Assembly: GCA_965261485.1 (NCBI GenBank)
Contig: CBDHCY010000005.1
Coordinates: forward strand, 333,813-397,812
Reading direction: 5' to 3'
From: Leptospiria bacterium
GTDB taxonomy: Bacteria; Spirochaetota; Leptospiria; Turneriellales; CBDBES01
DNA: 64,000 bases
Made by a program: the position numbers and the translations under genes. Each line of letters opens with the position of its first letter. Positions within the stretch are counted from its first letter, which is position 1. Below the pieces are notes generated by a model that worked only from the letters and a program-made list of their open reading frames with translations, made no database searches and was not told the origin of the DNA. Below, piece after piece: positions 1 through 10,489 of this stretch.

Positions 1-112
1 TTTAAGACAGGGAATTCAAGAATATACATCAATCGATGAGTCAAGGCAAGCTCTTAAAAAAATTTATGATGCTATTCAACATGATTCTCAAAGTTTTAGA
101 CAAACAGGTTAA
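1..112 (+). CDS. fliI: flagellum-specific ATPase FliI, C-terminal end (partial, runs off the window start)
   Basis: Frame 2 reads ...LRQGIQEYTSIDESRQALKKIYDAIQHDSQSFRQTG with a stop at 110-112. This resembles the FLQQG...E.S..AL tail of FliI proteins. A FliJ-sized ORF starts 5 nt downstream. Confidence 0.45.
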   Translation, partial: LRQGIQEYTSIDESRQALKKIYDAIQHDSQSFRQTG

Positions 113-117
113 TTTTT

Positions 118-567
118 ATGAAAAAATTTAGATTTAAATTAGAAAAATATTTAATTTATAAAAAACTTGAAAAAAAAATTTGTATGACTAATTTAGCCAA
201 AGCTATGGAACCGATGAATCGTTATCAAATGAGTGTAAATAAATACTTTTCTTCACTTAATAATAGCTCTCTTTATTTGAGTGATAAAATGAAAAATGGA
301 AACCTCAGCCTTAAAGAATTATCCTTTTATAATAATTATTTTGTTCATCAAAAAAAGAATCAGGAAATTTATTTTTCTGAAGCACAAAAAATAAAACACA
401 AGGTTGCTGAAGAAAGAAAAAAATTGCAAGTTATTCATAATAAGGTTCGAGTTCTTGAATTAATTCGTGATAAAAAATATCATGAATATTTACTTGAACA
501 AAATAAAGCAGATGTGCATGAAGTTGATGAATTAAATATGCGTGAATACCAAAAAAAGATGGTTTAG
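118..567 (+). CDS. fliJ: flagellar export chaperone FliJ-like coiled-coil protein
   Basis: 149 aa, highly charged and helical, with no TM segment. Sits immediately after the fliI tail, matching FliJ in size and position. No strong sequence motif. Confidence 0.4.
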   Translation: MKKFRFKLEKYLIYKKLEKKICMTNLAKAMEPMNRYQMSVNKYFSSLNNSSLYLSDKMKNGNLSLKELSFYNNYFVHQKKNQEIYFSEAQKIKHKVAEERKKLQVIHNKVRVLELIRDKKYHEYLLEQNKADVHEVDELNMREYQKKMV

Positions 568-632
568 TGAGTCAAAATAATGACTTGATTGCTTGTTTAT
601 AGAAAAAAATATTTATAAAGCTTGCTCTTATC

Positions 633-1238
633 ATGAAAACTAAAATCTTATTTCTACTTTTTACTATTCTCTTCCTTACTTTGCTACTTTTCTACTTTCT
701 TGATTTTTCAGGTACCATTAACATTTCTGAAAATTTTAATTTTTTATCTGAGTCGAATCCACTTGTGATAGCAGATAAAGAATACCCTACTGAGGTTGAT
801 AAACTTGCAATGGAAAAACAGAGAGAAAAGTTAATCGAATTAGAGGAACAATTAGCTACAAAAGAACTTAATTTAGAAACGAAAGAAAACCTTTTGGTGC
901 AAAAGGAAGAGAAAATTAAAGAAATACGCAAGGGAATTCAAGAAGAAAGAAAACGACTTATGTTGATTGCCCGTGATCTCCAAGATCGGCAACAAAAAGT
1001 TAAAGATTTAGCCACAAAAATTAGAAAGATGCCCCCTCAAAAAGCGGTTAAAATAATGGAAAATTGGAAGCATTTTCAAATTATTGAAATTATTCGACAA
1101 ATTGATATTGACTCTGACAAAGAAGGTGTTTCTAGCGTTAGTCCTTATTTATTGGCTTTATTTCGGCCAGAAGAGTCTGCAGAAATTACTAGAAAAATGT
1201 TGCTTCAGCCCATCGATTTGGATAATGAAGACGAATAA
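633..1238 (+). CDS. MotE/FlbB-like flagellar-operon protein (N-terminal TM, coiled coil, MgtE_N-like C-terminus)
   Basis: Has an N-terminal hydrophobic anchor and a long E/K-rich coiled coil. The C-terminal PPQKAVKIMENW...EIIRQID...ESAEITRKML resembles the MgtE intracellular N-domain seen in MotE/FlbB. Confidence 0.4.
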   Translation: MKTKILFLLFTILFLTLLLFYFLDFSGTINISENFNFLSESNPLVIADKEYPTEVDKLAMEKQREKLIELEEQLATKELNLETKENLLVQKEEKIKEIRKGIQEERKRLMLIARDLQDRQQKVKDLATKIRKMPPQKAVKIMENWKHFQIIEIIRQIDIDSDKEGVSSVSPYLLALFRPEESAEITRKMLLQPIDLDNEDE

Positions 1239-1248
1239 TTTTTTTATT

Positions 1249-2193
1249 TTATATTATATTAAGTTTTTGTATTATATTTAATGTTGCTTCAGTTTCCATT
1301 TTTATTCGGCAGTCAATAGAGCATGAACCCATATGTGAAGTTAGAAGAATATTATTTAATTTTGTAAATTTACCATGATAAGGTTCATTTTCAAATACAT
1401 CTAAAGCAGCCCCTTTAATCTTTTTTTTATTTAGGTGTTGATATAAAGCTTCTTCATCTATAAGAGCTCCTCTTGCCTGATTGATTAAAAAGGAATCTTT
1501 CTTAAAAAGCGATAGAGTTTTTTCATTAATCATTTTTTTTGTATCAAAAGTAAGTGGAGTGTGGAGAGATATTATATCAGAAGATTGATATATCTCTTCT
1601 TTAGTTGTTTGCTTTATTTCTCCTTTAAAATTTATTTGATTTTTTTTAATAAAACTTGATTTGTCAAGGATATCGTTAAGCAATATTTTTTTTGGCTGAA
1701 AATTTAAGAGTAATTTGATAAGACCTCCTCCAATTCTACCTGCCCCTATAATGCCGATTATTGATTTTTCAAGTCTTTTACCAACAAACCTTTCCCAAAC
1801 GCCTTTTTTAATTAGGGCATCGGCTTGGTGAATAAAGCGAGTTATATTAATCATGACACCTAAAGTAAGCTCAACGACGGCTTCTGTCATTGCATCTGGT
1901 GTATTTTTTACAATTATATTTTTTTGCTTACATAAATCTAGAGGCACTGAATCAAGCCCAATACCTACTCTTGAGATAATTTTCAAATTTTTAGAGTTCA
2001 TAATGAGTGGAGTTAAATCTTCTGTTCCAGCTATAATTCCATCACAATCGATAGAATTTATCATAGTTTCTTCAGGTTTTAGTTTTCTTTTTAAAGTATT
2101 AATTTTATAATCAATTTTTTTTTCTTTTAATATATTAAAGGGAGCGGGGTCGATGGCTCCAAATGGGTATACTGATATAAAAATTTTAGGCAA
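1249..2193 (-). CDS. D-isomer-specific 2-hydroxyacid dehydrogenase (phosphoglycerate/glyoxylate reductase family)
   Basis: NAD fold GIIGAGRIGGGL; catalytic-region motifs INQARGALIDEEAL and AALDVFENEP...SHMGS. Confidence 0.8.
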   Translation of the reverse strand: MPKIFISVYPFGAIDPAPFNILKEKKIDYKINTLKRKLKPEETMINSIDCDGIIAGTEDLTPLIMNSKNLKIISRVGIGLDSVPLDLCKQKNIIVKNTPDAMTEAVVELTLGVMINITRFIHQADALIKKGVWERFVGKRLEKSIIGIIGAGRIGGGLIKLLLNFQPKKILLNDILDKSSFIKKNQINFKGEIKQTTKEEIYQSSDIISLHTPLTFDTKKMINEKTLSLFKKDSFLINQARGALIDEEALYQHLNKKKIKGAALDVFENEPYHGKFTKLNNILLTSHMGSCSIDCRIKMETEATLNIIQKLNII

Positions 2194-2222
2194 TTTGGTA
2201 TAAACTTTAGGAGAGAAATCAG

Positions 2223-2981
2223 TTAAAAAGAATTTATATACTCTAAGACTAGAACACGACTTGTTTTACCTTGGAGGTCAATTAAAAAATTAAATTCGAA
2301 TGAAAAGTTTTCGACAATATTTAATTTTATACCTATATTAAAAAGTATCTCTTTCCATCTATTGTCTGAAAAATAAATATGGTTGATTTCAAACATTGGT
2401 ATAAAAAAACCAATTGGAAAGTCAAAACTAAAATAAAGAGCTGTATCTTCTGGTATATAATTGGGTTGAATAGGCATTCTAGCTCCCAAGTGAAGGTGTT
2501 GTTCGAGATTAAATAGAAAAATAGGTCGACTGATTGCTATATAGGGGCCATAGATGATTGAATCAAGTAAACTAAGACTTCCTAGTGTTCTTTGATTTTT
2601 TCCTGAATAAAAAGAATCATAGCCAAAGGCTATTAAAAGAGGAAACCTCTCCCAACCATCTGTAAGTTTAAACTTTGCAATGACACCCGGTATATTTACT
2701 TGTATGGTGCTATTGCCAATTAGATTTTTTGCATCGAAAGAAGCTCCTAAATAGATATTGTCATGTAGACCCAAAATAGCCTTTATTTGAAGGCTACCAT
2801 TAGCGTAAGTAGAAAGTGCTATATCATAATTTGCACGAGGAAGGGTGACAGCAGTAATTGAATCAATAATATCTAAATTAGGCACGACCGCTATCAAAGA
2901 TTTAGACGATAAACCAATAAAATAGAAAAGGTAAGCTATAAAAAAAATAAGTTTACTTGACACGTTATTTAATCTCGGCAC
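2223..2981 (-). CDS. hypothetical protein, possible outer-membrane beta-barrel
   Basis: N-terminal hydrophobic signal-like segment, alternating hydrophobic pattern, and a C-terminal ...VLVLEYINSF ending in Phe, as in OMP beta-signals. No family recognised. Confidence 0.3.
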   Translation of the reverse strand: MPRLNNVSSKLIFFIAYLFYFIGLSSKSLIAVVPNLDIIDSITAVTLPRANYDIALSTYANGSLQIKAILGLHDNIYLGASFDAKNLIGNSTIQVNIPGVIAKFKLTDGWERFPLLIAFGYDSFYSGKNQRTLGSLSLLDSIIYGPYIAISRPIFLFNLEQHLHLGARMPIQPNYIPEDTALYFSFDFPIGFFIPMFEINHIYFSDNRWKEILFNIGIKLNIVENFSFEFNFLIDLQGKTSRVLVLEYINSF

Positions 2982-3090
2982 AATCTCATGATTTTGTGCA
3001 ATGTTTTATTTTCTTTACTAAAGTTATTATGTCTTTCTAAGTTTTATGGTTTGATCTTTTTATTTTAGTGATTTTAGTAGTGTATTCTTC

Positions 3091-4188
3091 TTGAATAAAA
3101 ATTTATATTCTCATAAAATTTTAGAACCAAGTAAGTATGGATATATTATCTTTTTTTTACTTTGTTGCTATATTTGTTTATCATTGGTAACATGCAATAC
3201 TTTTCACATTCCCAAAGATAATATTTTTATAAATAAAAGTAATTGGAAGAGACCTTCTTATAAGACTCTATTTTTACCTAGTAAATATGTAAATTTATTT
3301 TTACATGCCGAAAATTTTTCTCAGGGTAAGGCCGTTTATATTGAAATATTATTTGTTGAGATGCTTACAGAAGATAAAGTAAAAAATAAAAAAAAAAATA
3401 AAAAACTCGATTCTATTTATTTGAGTATTGGTAAAAAAAAAGGTTTAAAAATTATTTTAAGTTATATGGGGTGGGGGTATCGTGGTTTTTGGGGAATTCA
3501 TCCAAATGCTAAAATAGGAAATTATGATCTTACTTTGCGTTATCAATATAAGGGAAGTAAAGTTCAAAATATTTATCATATGAATATTACTCGAACTAAA
3601 TTTTCGACATATCGAAAAAGTAAGAAACTGAGTTTCTCTAAATATTCTAATGTTGATCAGAGCAAACGACAAAAAATTTATGATTTTATTATGTCATCAT
3701 CAAAGAAAAAAAAAGAAATGTTTCGTATATTAAATAAAACAACGATTAATAATATAATCGCTCATCCTAGAAATGAACACTTTATTACTTCTAAATTTTG
3801 GACAAAGCGAGTATATTTGAAATATCGAATTAAGAATAAAAAAAGAGTTTATTTAAAGCCAAAGATAAGTATGCATAGAGGGCTTGATCTTCATGGTTCT
3901 GTGGGTAAGCCAATATATGCAATGGCTTCTGGCAAGGTTGTTATTGCTGAAAAATTATATTTTGAAGGTAATTTTACCTTAATTAATCATGGGAGTCGTA
4001 TTTTTTCTGGCTACATGCATCAAAGTAAAATATTTGTGGAAGAAGGGGATAAGGTGGACGCTGGAGAAGAGATTGGTAGTGTTGGTTCAACTGGCCGTGC
4101 AACAGGACCTCATTTGCATATATTTTTTAAAATTGATGGTGTTTATGTTGATCCTTTGAGTTTAATTTCTTTACCCATTCGTTACTAA
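3091..4188 (+). CDS. M23 family metallopeptidase (LytM/NlpD-like)
   Basis: C-terminal HRGLDLHG...GxxxxHQS...GSTGRATGPHLHIFF matches the HxxxD and HxH zinc motifs of peptidase M23. TTG start and an N-terminal TM segment. Confidence 0.8.
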   Translation: MNKNLYSHKILEPSKYGYIIFFLLCCYICLSLVTCNTFHIPKDNIFINKSNWKRPSYKTLFLPSKYVNLFLHAENFSQGKAVYIEILFVEMLTEDKVKNKKKNKKLDSIYLSIGKKKGLKIILSYMGWGYRGFWGIHPNAKIGNYDLTLRYQYKGSKVQNIYHMNITRTKFSTYRKSKKLSFSKYSNVDQSKRQKIYDFIMSSSKKKKEMFRILNKTTINNIIAHPRNEHFITSKFWTKRVYLKYRIKNKKRVYLKPKISMHRGLDLHGSVGKPIYAMASGKVVIAEKLYFEGNFTLINHGSRIFSGYMHQSKIFVEEGDKVDAGEEIGSVGSTGRATGPHLHIFFKIDGVYVDPLSLISLPIRY

Positions 4189-4241
4189 ATTTAAAAAATA
4201 TATTATTGTGTTTATACTAGGTGAAAACCGATGTGATAAAC

Positions 4242-5192
4242 TTATTTTTTTATATTCCAAGTTGACCATATCTCATCTTCATTTTGAGGTTGATTTTTCC
4301 ATCGATTATGAGCCCAAAAATAATCAGCAGGATGTGCTCTAATTTTTGTCTCGAGTAGTCTAACCCAATTATATGTAAATTCTTTAGACCAGTCAATTTG
4401 TGAAGCTGTAGAATAAGATTTTTTGGGTAGGGCAATTTTATCAATTTCTAGAACGAGCTTACCATTTTTATCGCGATAAGAGGAGGCAAAATATATTGGA
4501 GTGGAACAAAGTTTGGCAAAATTGGCAGGCCCTAAATATGTAGAAGCCAATCTATTCATAAAAGGAACATACTCACCATCGGGTGCGTATTGGTCACTAA
4601 TAAAGGCAAGTATTTTATTTTTTTTAATTAGAGATACTGCTTTTAATATTGGTAGTTCATCTATATATAATAAATGTATTCCTGCTTGATTTCTTGATTT
4701 TTCTATATATCGATTGACCCATGGGTTTGATAGTTTTTTTGCAAAAGTATAAATATTTTCACCCAATAGGATGGCTCCTATTTGTCCATTCCATTCCCAC
4801 GAACCAATATGACCCATAATGAAAATACCTCCTTTTTTTAGAATTGCTCTATATTTTTCAGTACTGGGTTTAATTTCGACCCAACGTTTAAAAAAAAATT
4901 GATTTTGTAATCGTTGACTTGCTGTAATTTCTGCAATGAGCCTAGTTGTTTGAATAAAGTTTTGCCGTGATATTTTCTGAATCCATGCTTTTGATTTTTC
5001 AGGAAATGCATATTTTAAATTATTTTCTACTAGTGTTCTTCTTTTTGAAAAAAAATTATATAATATTAATCCAAGAATCTTGGTTATTTTTAAGTTGACT
5101 TCAAAAGGGAGAGATTTTAAAAAGAAGATACAACATCTCAGGCAAATATATTCTATTAATTTAATAATCCAACGAAATTTAGTCAGTTTCAA
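4242..5192 (-). CDS. lipid A biosynthesis (LpxL/HtrB-type) late acyltransferase family protein
   Basis: About 316 aa with an N-terminal anchor. GHIGSWEW provides the H-x4-E/D acyltransferase motif. Length and overall layout fit the LpxL/LpxM family. Confidence 0.6.
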   Translation of the reverse strand: MKLTKFRWIIKLIEYICLRCCIFFLKSLPFEVNLKITKILGLILYNFFSKRRTLVENNLKYAFPEKSKAWIQKISRQNFIQTTRLIAEITASQRLQNQFFFKRWVEIKPSTEKYRAILKKGGIFIMGHIGSWEWNGQIGAILLGENIYTFAKKLSNPWVNRYIEKSRNQAGIHLLYIDELPILKAVSLIKKNKILAFISDQYAPDGEYVPFMNRLASTYLGPANFAKLCSTPIYFASSYRDKNGKLVLEIDKIALPKKSYSTASQIDWSKEFTYNWVRLLETKIRAHPADYFWAHNRWKNQPQNEDEIWSTWNIKK

Positions 5193-6204
5193 GTTTGTAG
5201 TCTCTAGCCATTAATTCTACCAAAATCTGTTTTGGTGATTTCTGCTCATATAAAATTTTATAAACACCATCAATGACAGGAGTGCTCACTTTTTGATTTT
5301 TGCTAATAGTATAGGCACTTTTGGTTGTAGGAATACCTTCAGCAACCTGTTGCATCTCTTTTAAAATAGTATTAAATTGCATACCTTCAGCAATTTTTAT
5401 TCCAACGGTTCGATTTCTTGATAGGTTTCCTGTACAGGTGAGAACAAGGTCTCCCATACCAGCGAGCCCCATAAAAGTTATGGGATTTGCTTTCATTGTT
5501 TTTCCTAAGCGGGCAATTTCGGCAAGCCCTCTTGTTATGAGAGCGGCTTTTGAATTATTACCCATATTTAATCCGTCACTTATTCCACATGCAATAGCGA
5601 TTATATTTTTTAATGCTCCAGATAGCTCTACTCCAATAACATCGTCGGTACCATAAACTTTAAAGTAGTTAGATCTAAATATACTTTGTATTTTGATAAT
5701 TTTATCTTTTGCATATCCAGCCATTGTAACGGCTGTAGGAATTTGCTGAGCGATTTCTTGTGCAAAGCTTGGACCAGAGAGAAAGAATAATTGATTTTTA
5801 TAGTCTTTACCCAAAACATCCAAAAAAATATCGCATACTAATTTATTTGTTCCAATTTCAATACCTTTTGAACAAACCACAATAGGGATACCTTGTTTGA
5901 TGTGGTGTTTTGATCTCTCTAAAACTTCTCTAGTTACTTGAGTTGGAAGAACAAAAAGAATTATATTTGCTTGTAAAAGAGCTTTTACAAGGTCATTAGT
6001 TGAGCTTACAGTTTTAGGAAGTTTGAAGTGAGGTAGATATTGTTTGTTTTCATGGTGTTTATTAATTGAATCTGTTACCTCTTTATTGCGAGCCCAAATG
6101 AGCACATTGCATCCATTTTCTGCTATGAGTTTTGCTAACGACGTACCAAAGGAGCCAGAGCCTATGATTGCGACATTCACAATTCTACATTCATCCAATG
6201 TCAC
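5179..6204 (-). CDS. gpsA: NAD(P)H-dependent glycerol-3-phosphate dehydrogenase
   Basis: N-terminal VAIIGSGSFGTSLA Rossmann motif. GALKNIIAIACGISDGL and LSRNRTVG are hallmark GpsA motifs. Confidence 0.9.
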   Translation of the reverse strand: MTLDECRIVNVAIIGSGSFGTSLAKLIAENGCNVLIWARNKEVTDSINKHHENKQYLPHFKLPKTVSSTNDLVKALLQANIILFVLPTQVTREVLERSKHHIKQGIPIVVCSKGIEIGTNKLVCDIFLDVLGKDYKNQLFFLSGPSFAQEIAQQIPTAVTMAGYAKDKIIKIQSIFRSNYFKVYGTDDVIGVELSGALKNIIAIACGISDGLNMGNNSKAALITRGLAEIARLGKTMKANPITFMGLAGMGDLVLTCTGNLSRNRTVGIKIAEGMQFNTILKEMQQVAEGIPTTKSAYTISKNQKVSTPVIDGVYKILYEQKSPKQILVELMARDYKLETD

Positions 6205-6342
6205 ATTCTGTGAAACACAGGCTAAAGAGTAAAGTATTAATTTTATTTAAGACGCTTATTGATTAAAAAATGGCTCATTAAATAATTTTTGCGAATGTCA
6301 GTCAAGGTGATAGATAAACTTTTTAATCATTATATATTTTTA

Positions 6343-7344
6343 TTATATTACTTCTTGAATTATCGAACATATCGCTTGAATCCATTGAGGATCATTATTT
6401 AAACAAGGTAGAAGGTACATTTGATGTCCTCCTGATTCTATAAAGCTTTTGCGAGCCCTGATACCAATCTCTTCAAGTGTTTCGAGGCAATCAGATGTGA
6501 AAGAGGGGCAGACTACGACTAAATTTTTAATGCCTTTTTCAGCAAGTTTTGGAATTATATGATCTGTAAATGGTTTGAGCCAGGGGGTTGCTCCTAATCT
6601 AGATTGAAAAGATATACTATATTTACTCTCAGTCAGATTTAATTGGGAGGCAGTAAGTTTTGTTGTCTTGATTACTTGAGCTCGATAGCAAGTATCATGG
6701 GGTACTAATAAATTTTCGCAGCAGTTTTGATTAATTTTACATAAACCTGTTTTATCTACTTTTTTAATATGTTTTTCTGGGATGCCATGGTAACTAAAAA
6801 GAATATGGTCATAAGATTTTGGTAAACATTTTTTAATTAGGCTACTTAAAGCTTTAATATAGGTTTTATGATTATAAAAAACTGGAGAAAATTTTAAATA
6901 AATATTGGGGTATTTTGAACAAACTCTTAGCACTTTTTGTCGCATTGCTTCGTAACTAGAGAGAGCATAATGAGGATAAAGAAGAAAGCATATAATTTCG
7001 TTAACCCCTTGTTGTTGTAGTTTCTCTATTGCATTTTGAATGTTTGGCTCACCATAGTTCATGGCAAGAGCAACAGGAATTTTTAAAGTTTTTTCCAGAG
7101 CTTTTTTTTGTTCATTACTATAATAAAGGAGGGGGGAGCCTTTTTTTGTCCAAATAGATTGATATGCTTTTACCAACCTTCTTAAACGAAGAGGTATAAT
7201 TATTAGATTTACTAAAATCCATCTTAAAAGCCAATGAATATCAATGACAAATGGGTCCATTAGAAACTCTTTCAAATATTTTGCTATTTCATTTTTATTT
7301 GGCTGTTGTGGAGTTCCTAAATTACCGAGTAAGATACCTTTCAT
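6343..7344 (-). CDS. hemH: ferrochelatase
   Basis: MKGILLGNLGTPQ N-terminus, LLYPHYALSSY, SYHGIPEKH, and a C-terminal VVCPSFTSDCLETLEEI motif typical of HemH. Confidence 0.85.
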   Translation of the reverse strand: MKGILLGNLGTPQQPNKNEIAKYLKEFLMDPFVIDIHWLLRWILVNLIIIPLRLRRLVKAYQSIWTKKGSPLLYYSNEQKKALEKTLKIPVALAMNYGEPNIQNAIEKLQQQGVNEIICFLLYPHYALSSYEAMRQKVLRVCSKYPNIYLKFSPVFYNHKTYIKALSSLIKKCLPKSYDHILFSYHGIPEKHIKKVDKTGLCKINQNCCENLLVPHDTCYRAQVIKTTKLTASQLNLTESKYSISFQSRLGATPWLKPFTDHIIPKLAEKGIKNLVVVCPSFTSDCLETLEEIGIRARKSFIESGGHQMYLLPCLNNDPQWIQAICSIIQEVI

Positions 7345-7360
7345 AATTTAATGATAAAAT

Positions 7361-9685
7361 TTATAGAAAAGTACCAATTGACTGGCCTAATTGAACAATT
7401 TGTTTTTCTTTTAGGTCGTGCCATTTTGCTTGTCCTGCTTCAATAAATAATATTACAGTGGAGCCCATCTCAAAACGAGCCAACTCTTCTCCCTTTTTTA
7501 TTGGTAAAGCCGTTTCATATTTATGCTCCTTGGCTGAACGGACCCAATTATTAGTATTTACAGTAGTATTATAAGCTAATTTGATATTACCAACATTAGT
7601 AGCAGCGATTTTGCTTAGGGCAATTAAGCCAAATTCTGTTTGGATGTATGTGGTCAAACGTTCATTTTTTGAAAATAAATTTGTAATTAAATTCACAGCA
7701 AATTCGTTGACGGGTAATAATCTGCCGGGAGAGTAAGAATGAGCGATAATCTCACCTGTTACAGGGGAATGAATTTTATGGTAGTCGACGGGGGCCAAAT
7801 AGATTGTCATCCATATTCCCTCTTTAAATTTTGCATGTAATTTGTGATTACTTAATATTTTTTTTACTTCAAGATGAATCCCTTTAACTTGAATCATTGT
7901 TCCTTTAGAAATTTTACCAAAATTTAAAATTCTGCCATCTACTGGAGATACAATAATCTGTTGTCGGTGGTCAATCTTTCTAATTCCTTTTTTTAAATTT
8001 CTGATAAAGAATGCATTGAGAGATGAATATTGTTTTAATGAAAATTCTGCCTCTTCAAGTTTTATTGAATATGTTTTAGAAAAAACTTTTAGAATAGGTA
8101 GCATTAAAAATTTAGGAAATTTAAATCTAGCAAAATAGCCAAAAAGTCTTGATATTAAATTTTTAGGTATGATATATAAAAAAATTAAATAAAATTGAGA
8201 GAATAGATCAAAACGCTTATGGTGTTGATATAAAAAATCTTTTGTTTCTTTAACAACAACATAGGACAGTAGAGATATGGCCACTAAATTTGGAAGTGCC
8301 ATAAAACCATTTGCTATATCTGAAAAAAGCCATATTAGGCTTATCTCAGAAGTATATGCTCCCATAAATGTGAGTGATATCCATAAAATACGGTAGTATA
8401 AGGAATATTTTTGTAAACCTAGATAGATGAGTGCTCGGTCAGAATAATAAAACCAACCAATTATTGTTGAAATTGAAAAGAAAATAATTCCCCATGTTAC
8501 GATAGTTTTTCCAAATCCTCCTAAATAGTGATGAAAAACGGAAGAAACCAAAACATCTTGTATATTTTCTGCCTGAGTTCCCCAGTGATTAATGATTCCT
8601 GACCAAACAGATGGAAATTCTGTTAAAATACTGGGTAAAGTAGAAGTCATTTCTTTTGCAATTGGCAAACTTTTTGAAGTAACAGCTTTACTTAATATCG
8701 CGCTAGGGTTTTCTTCTATTCCAATCAATATAACAAAGGCTGTTAGAGTGCAAATAATAATTGTGTCAATAAAAGGGCCTAACATAGAGACGAGACCCTG
8801 CTGACTCGGGTGAGTTGTTTTTGCTGCGGCGGCGGCAATGGGAGCTGAGCCTAGACCTGCTTCGTTAGAGAAAAGTCCTCTTTTGATGCCTATCATTATA
8901 GAAGTTTGCCAAAAGCCAATTGAAGAACCTATGATTGCTGGTAAGGGTTCGAAGGCAAATTTTAAAATCATTGAAAATATTGTAGAAATACTTTCTATAT
9001 TTTGACCAATAATATATAACGAACCCATGAGGTAAAAAATCCCCATGAAGGGTACAATAATACTGGTAACTCTACCAATTCGACGAATACCTCCTAATAT
9101 TACTAAGCCTGTAACAGTGGAAATCAGTAGAGCACTTAACCCTCGTGGGATTTTCCAATGGGTTGAATAAAGTTCCCCAGCTACTGCATTTGCCTGAGTC
9201 ATATTTCCGATGCCCAATGCTGCTATTAATGTGCTCAAAGCGAAAAAGATGGCTAACCACTTCATGTGCAAGCCTTTTTCGATATAATACATGGGGCCTC
9301 CTGAAAATCCGAAAGGTGTTGATTCCCTATATTTTACAGCGAGGAAACATTCACTATACTTCGTAGCCATTCCTAAGAGAGCTGTTATCCACATCCAAAA
9401 AACAGAGCCTGGGCCTCCAATTAAAATGGCACCGGCAACACCGACAATATTACCAATACCAATAGTCGCACTCAAGGAAGTTGTGAGTGTCTGAAAATAG
9501 GAAATATCTCCTTCTATTTTTTTATTTTTGTTTGATTTAAAACCGCAAGTAATGCGAAAGGCCAAATAGAGATAACGAATTTGTATGAAAGCCAAACGGA
9601 GGGTCATAAAAGCACCAAGACCAATGAGAATAAATACAGTGGGCTTGCCCCAAATATAGCTTGATATCTCTTTTAAAATTGTCAT
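7361..9685 (-). CDS. fusion protein: alanine/glycine:cation symporter (AGCS family) N-terminal part plus phosphatidylserine decarboxylase C-terminal part
   Basis: Residues about 1-485 are a polytopic AGCS-like transporter (GIGNIVGVAGAI, GLFSNEAGLGSAPIAAAAAKT). Residues about 490-774 carry PSD motifs (VSPVDGRI, YLAPVDYHKIHSPVTGE, and FEMGSTVILF containing the GST self-cleavage site). One uninterrupted ORF. Confidence 0.75.
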   Translation of the reverse strand: MTILKEISSYIWGKPTVFILIGLGAFMTLRLAFIQIRYLYLAFRITCGFKSNKNKKIEGDISYFQTLTTSLSATIGIGNIVGVAGAILIGGPGSVFWMWITALLGMATKYSECFLAVKYRESTPFGFSGGPMYYIEKGLHMKWLAIFFALSTLIAALGIGNMTQANAVAGELYSTHWKIPRGLSALLISTVTGLVILGGIRRIGRVTSIIVPFMGIFYLMGSLYIIGQNIESISTIFSMILKFAFEPLPAIIGSSIGFWQTSIMIGIKRGLFSNEAGLGSAPIAAAAAKTTHPSQQGLVSMLGPFIDTIIICTLTAFVILIGIEENPSAILSKAVTSKSLPIAKEMTSTLPSILTEFPSVWSGIINHWGTQAENIQDVLVSSVFHHYLGGFGKTIVTWGIIFFSISTIIGWFYYSDRALIYLGLQKYSLYYRILWISLTFMGAYTSEISLIWLFSDIANGFMALPNLVAISLLSYVVVKETKDFLYQHHKRFDLFSQFYLIFLYIIPKNLISRLFGYFARFKFPKFLMLPILKVFSKTYSIKLEEAEFSLKQYSSLNAFFIRNLKKGIRKIDHRQQIIVSPVDGRILNFGKISKGTMIQVKGIHLEVKKILSNHKLHAKFKEGIWMTIYLAPVDYHKIHSPVTGEIIAHSYSPGRLLPVNEFAVNLITNLFSKNERLTTYIQTEFGLIALSKIAATNVGNIKLAYNTTVNTNNWVRSAKEHKYETALPIKKGEELARFEMGSTVILFIEAGQAKWHDLKEKQIVQLGQSIGTFL

Positions 9686-9931
9686 AATTTTAGTATAATA
9701 TTGTCATAATTATGATCGTGATCTTATTAAATCGCTTTTTTCTAGTTTTCACAAAATTTTTTATTTTGACATAAATAAATTTTAGATTTAGTTAGTGAAG
9801 GGAAAAGATAATGTTTATTAACTATCTTTGATGGGAGTGTTATTTGGCATAGTATAAAAAAATTGAATTCTATTTGTAAGTGTTAATAACAATTTGGCTA
9901 TTCTTTGAATTATTTTAATGAATTTATACTG

Positions 9932-10372
9932 TCAAATTGGACGTTCGAAGGCATGGTTTAAAATAATTGTGCATAAATTTAGAAAAAGAATATAAACAAA
10001 AAAGCATAATAGGTAATTTTGGAGAGATTTAGATTTTTTTTTGATTCCAAGTTTTTCAATAGAAAATTTTTCAATTTGCGAAAATAAGATCGCCCAACCA
10101 ATCCAAAAAAATGATGAAACGATTAAATTTGACATATCATTTGAACTAAAGCGGTTTGTGAATATTTTATAACAAGCATGGATATAATTTGGTTCTAAAA
10201 AATAATTAAAACTAATACCTACGAGAGATACAGCAACAAAATAGTAAAGTATATTTGGCCAGGTGCTTTTCCATATTTTTTCTTTAAGTAAATATGAATA
10301 AGTAAAATAGATAAAAAGTAAACTTAGCCCATAAAATAAATTAGTACGTACCCATTCAAAGAAAAAAAACAT
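9932..10372 (-). CDS. hypothetical integral membrane protein
   Basis: 146 aa with four or more hydrophobic segments. No recognisable family. Confidence 0.3.
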   Translation of the reverse strand: MFFFFEWVRTNLFYGLSLLFIYFTYSYLLKEKIWKSTWPNILYYFVAVSLVGISFNYFLEPNYIHACYKIFTNRFSSNDMSNLIVSSFFWIGWAILFSQIEKFSIEKLGIKKKSKSLQNYLLCFFVYILFLNLCTIILNHAFERPI

Positions 10373-10489
10373 AACTCAATGACTATAATCTAGTAATTAT
10401 AGTGAAAATATAGTCAAAATGTCAAACTTAATTAAAAAATAATATCTTAAATATTTGAGATCATTTTAGAAATCTCCGATATTCTAAGA

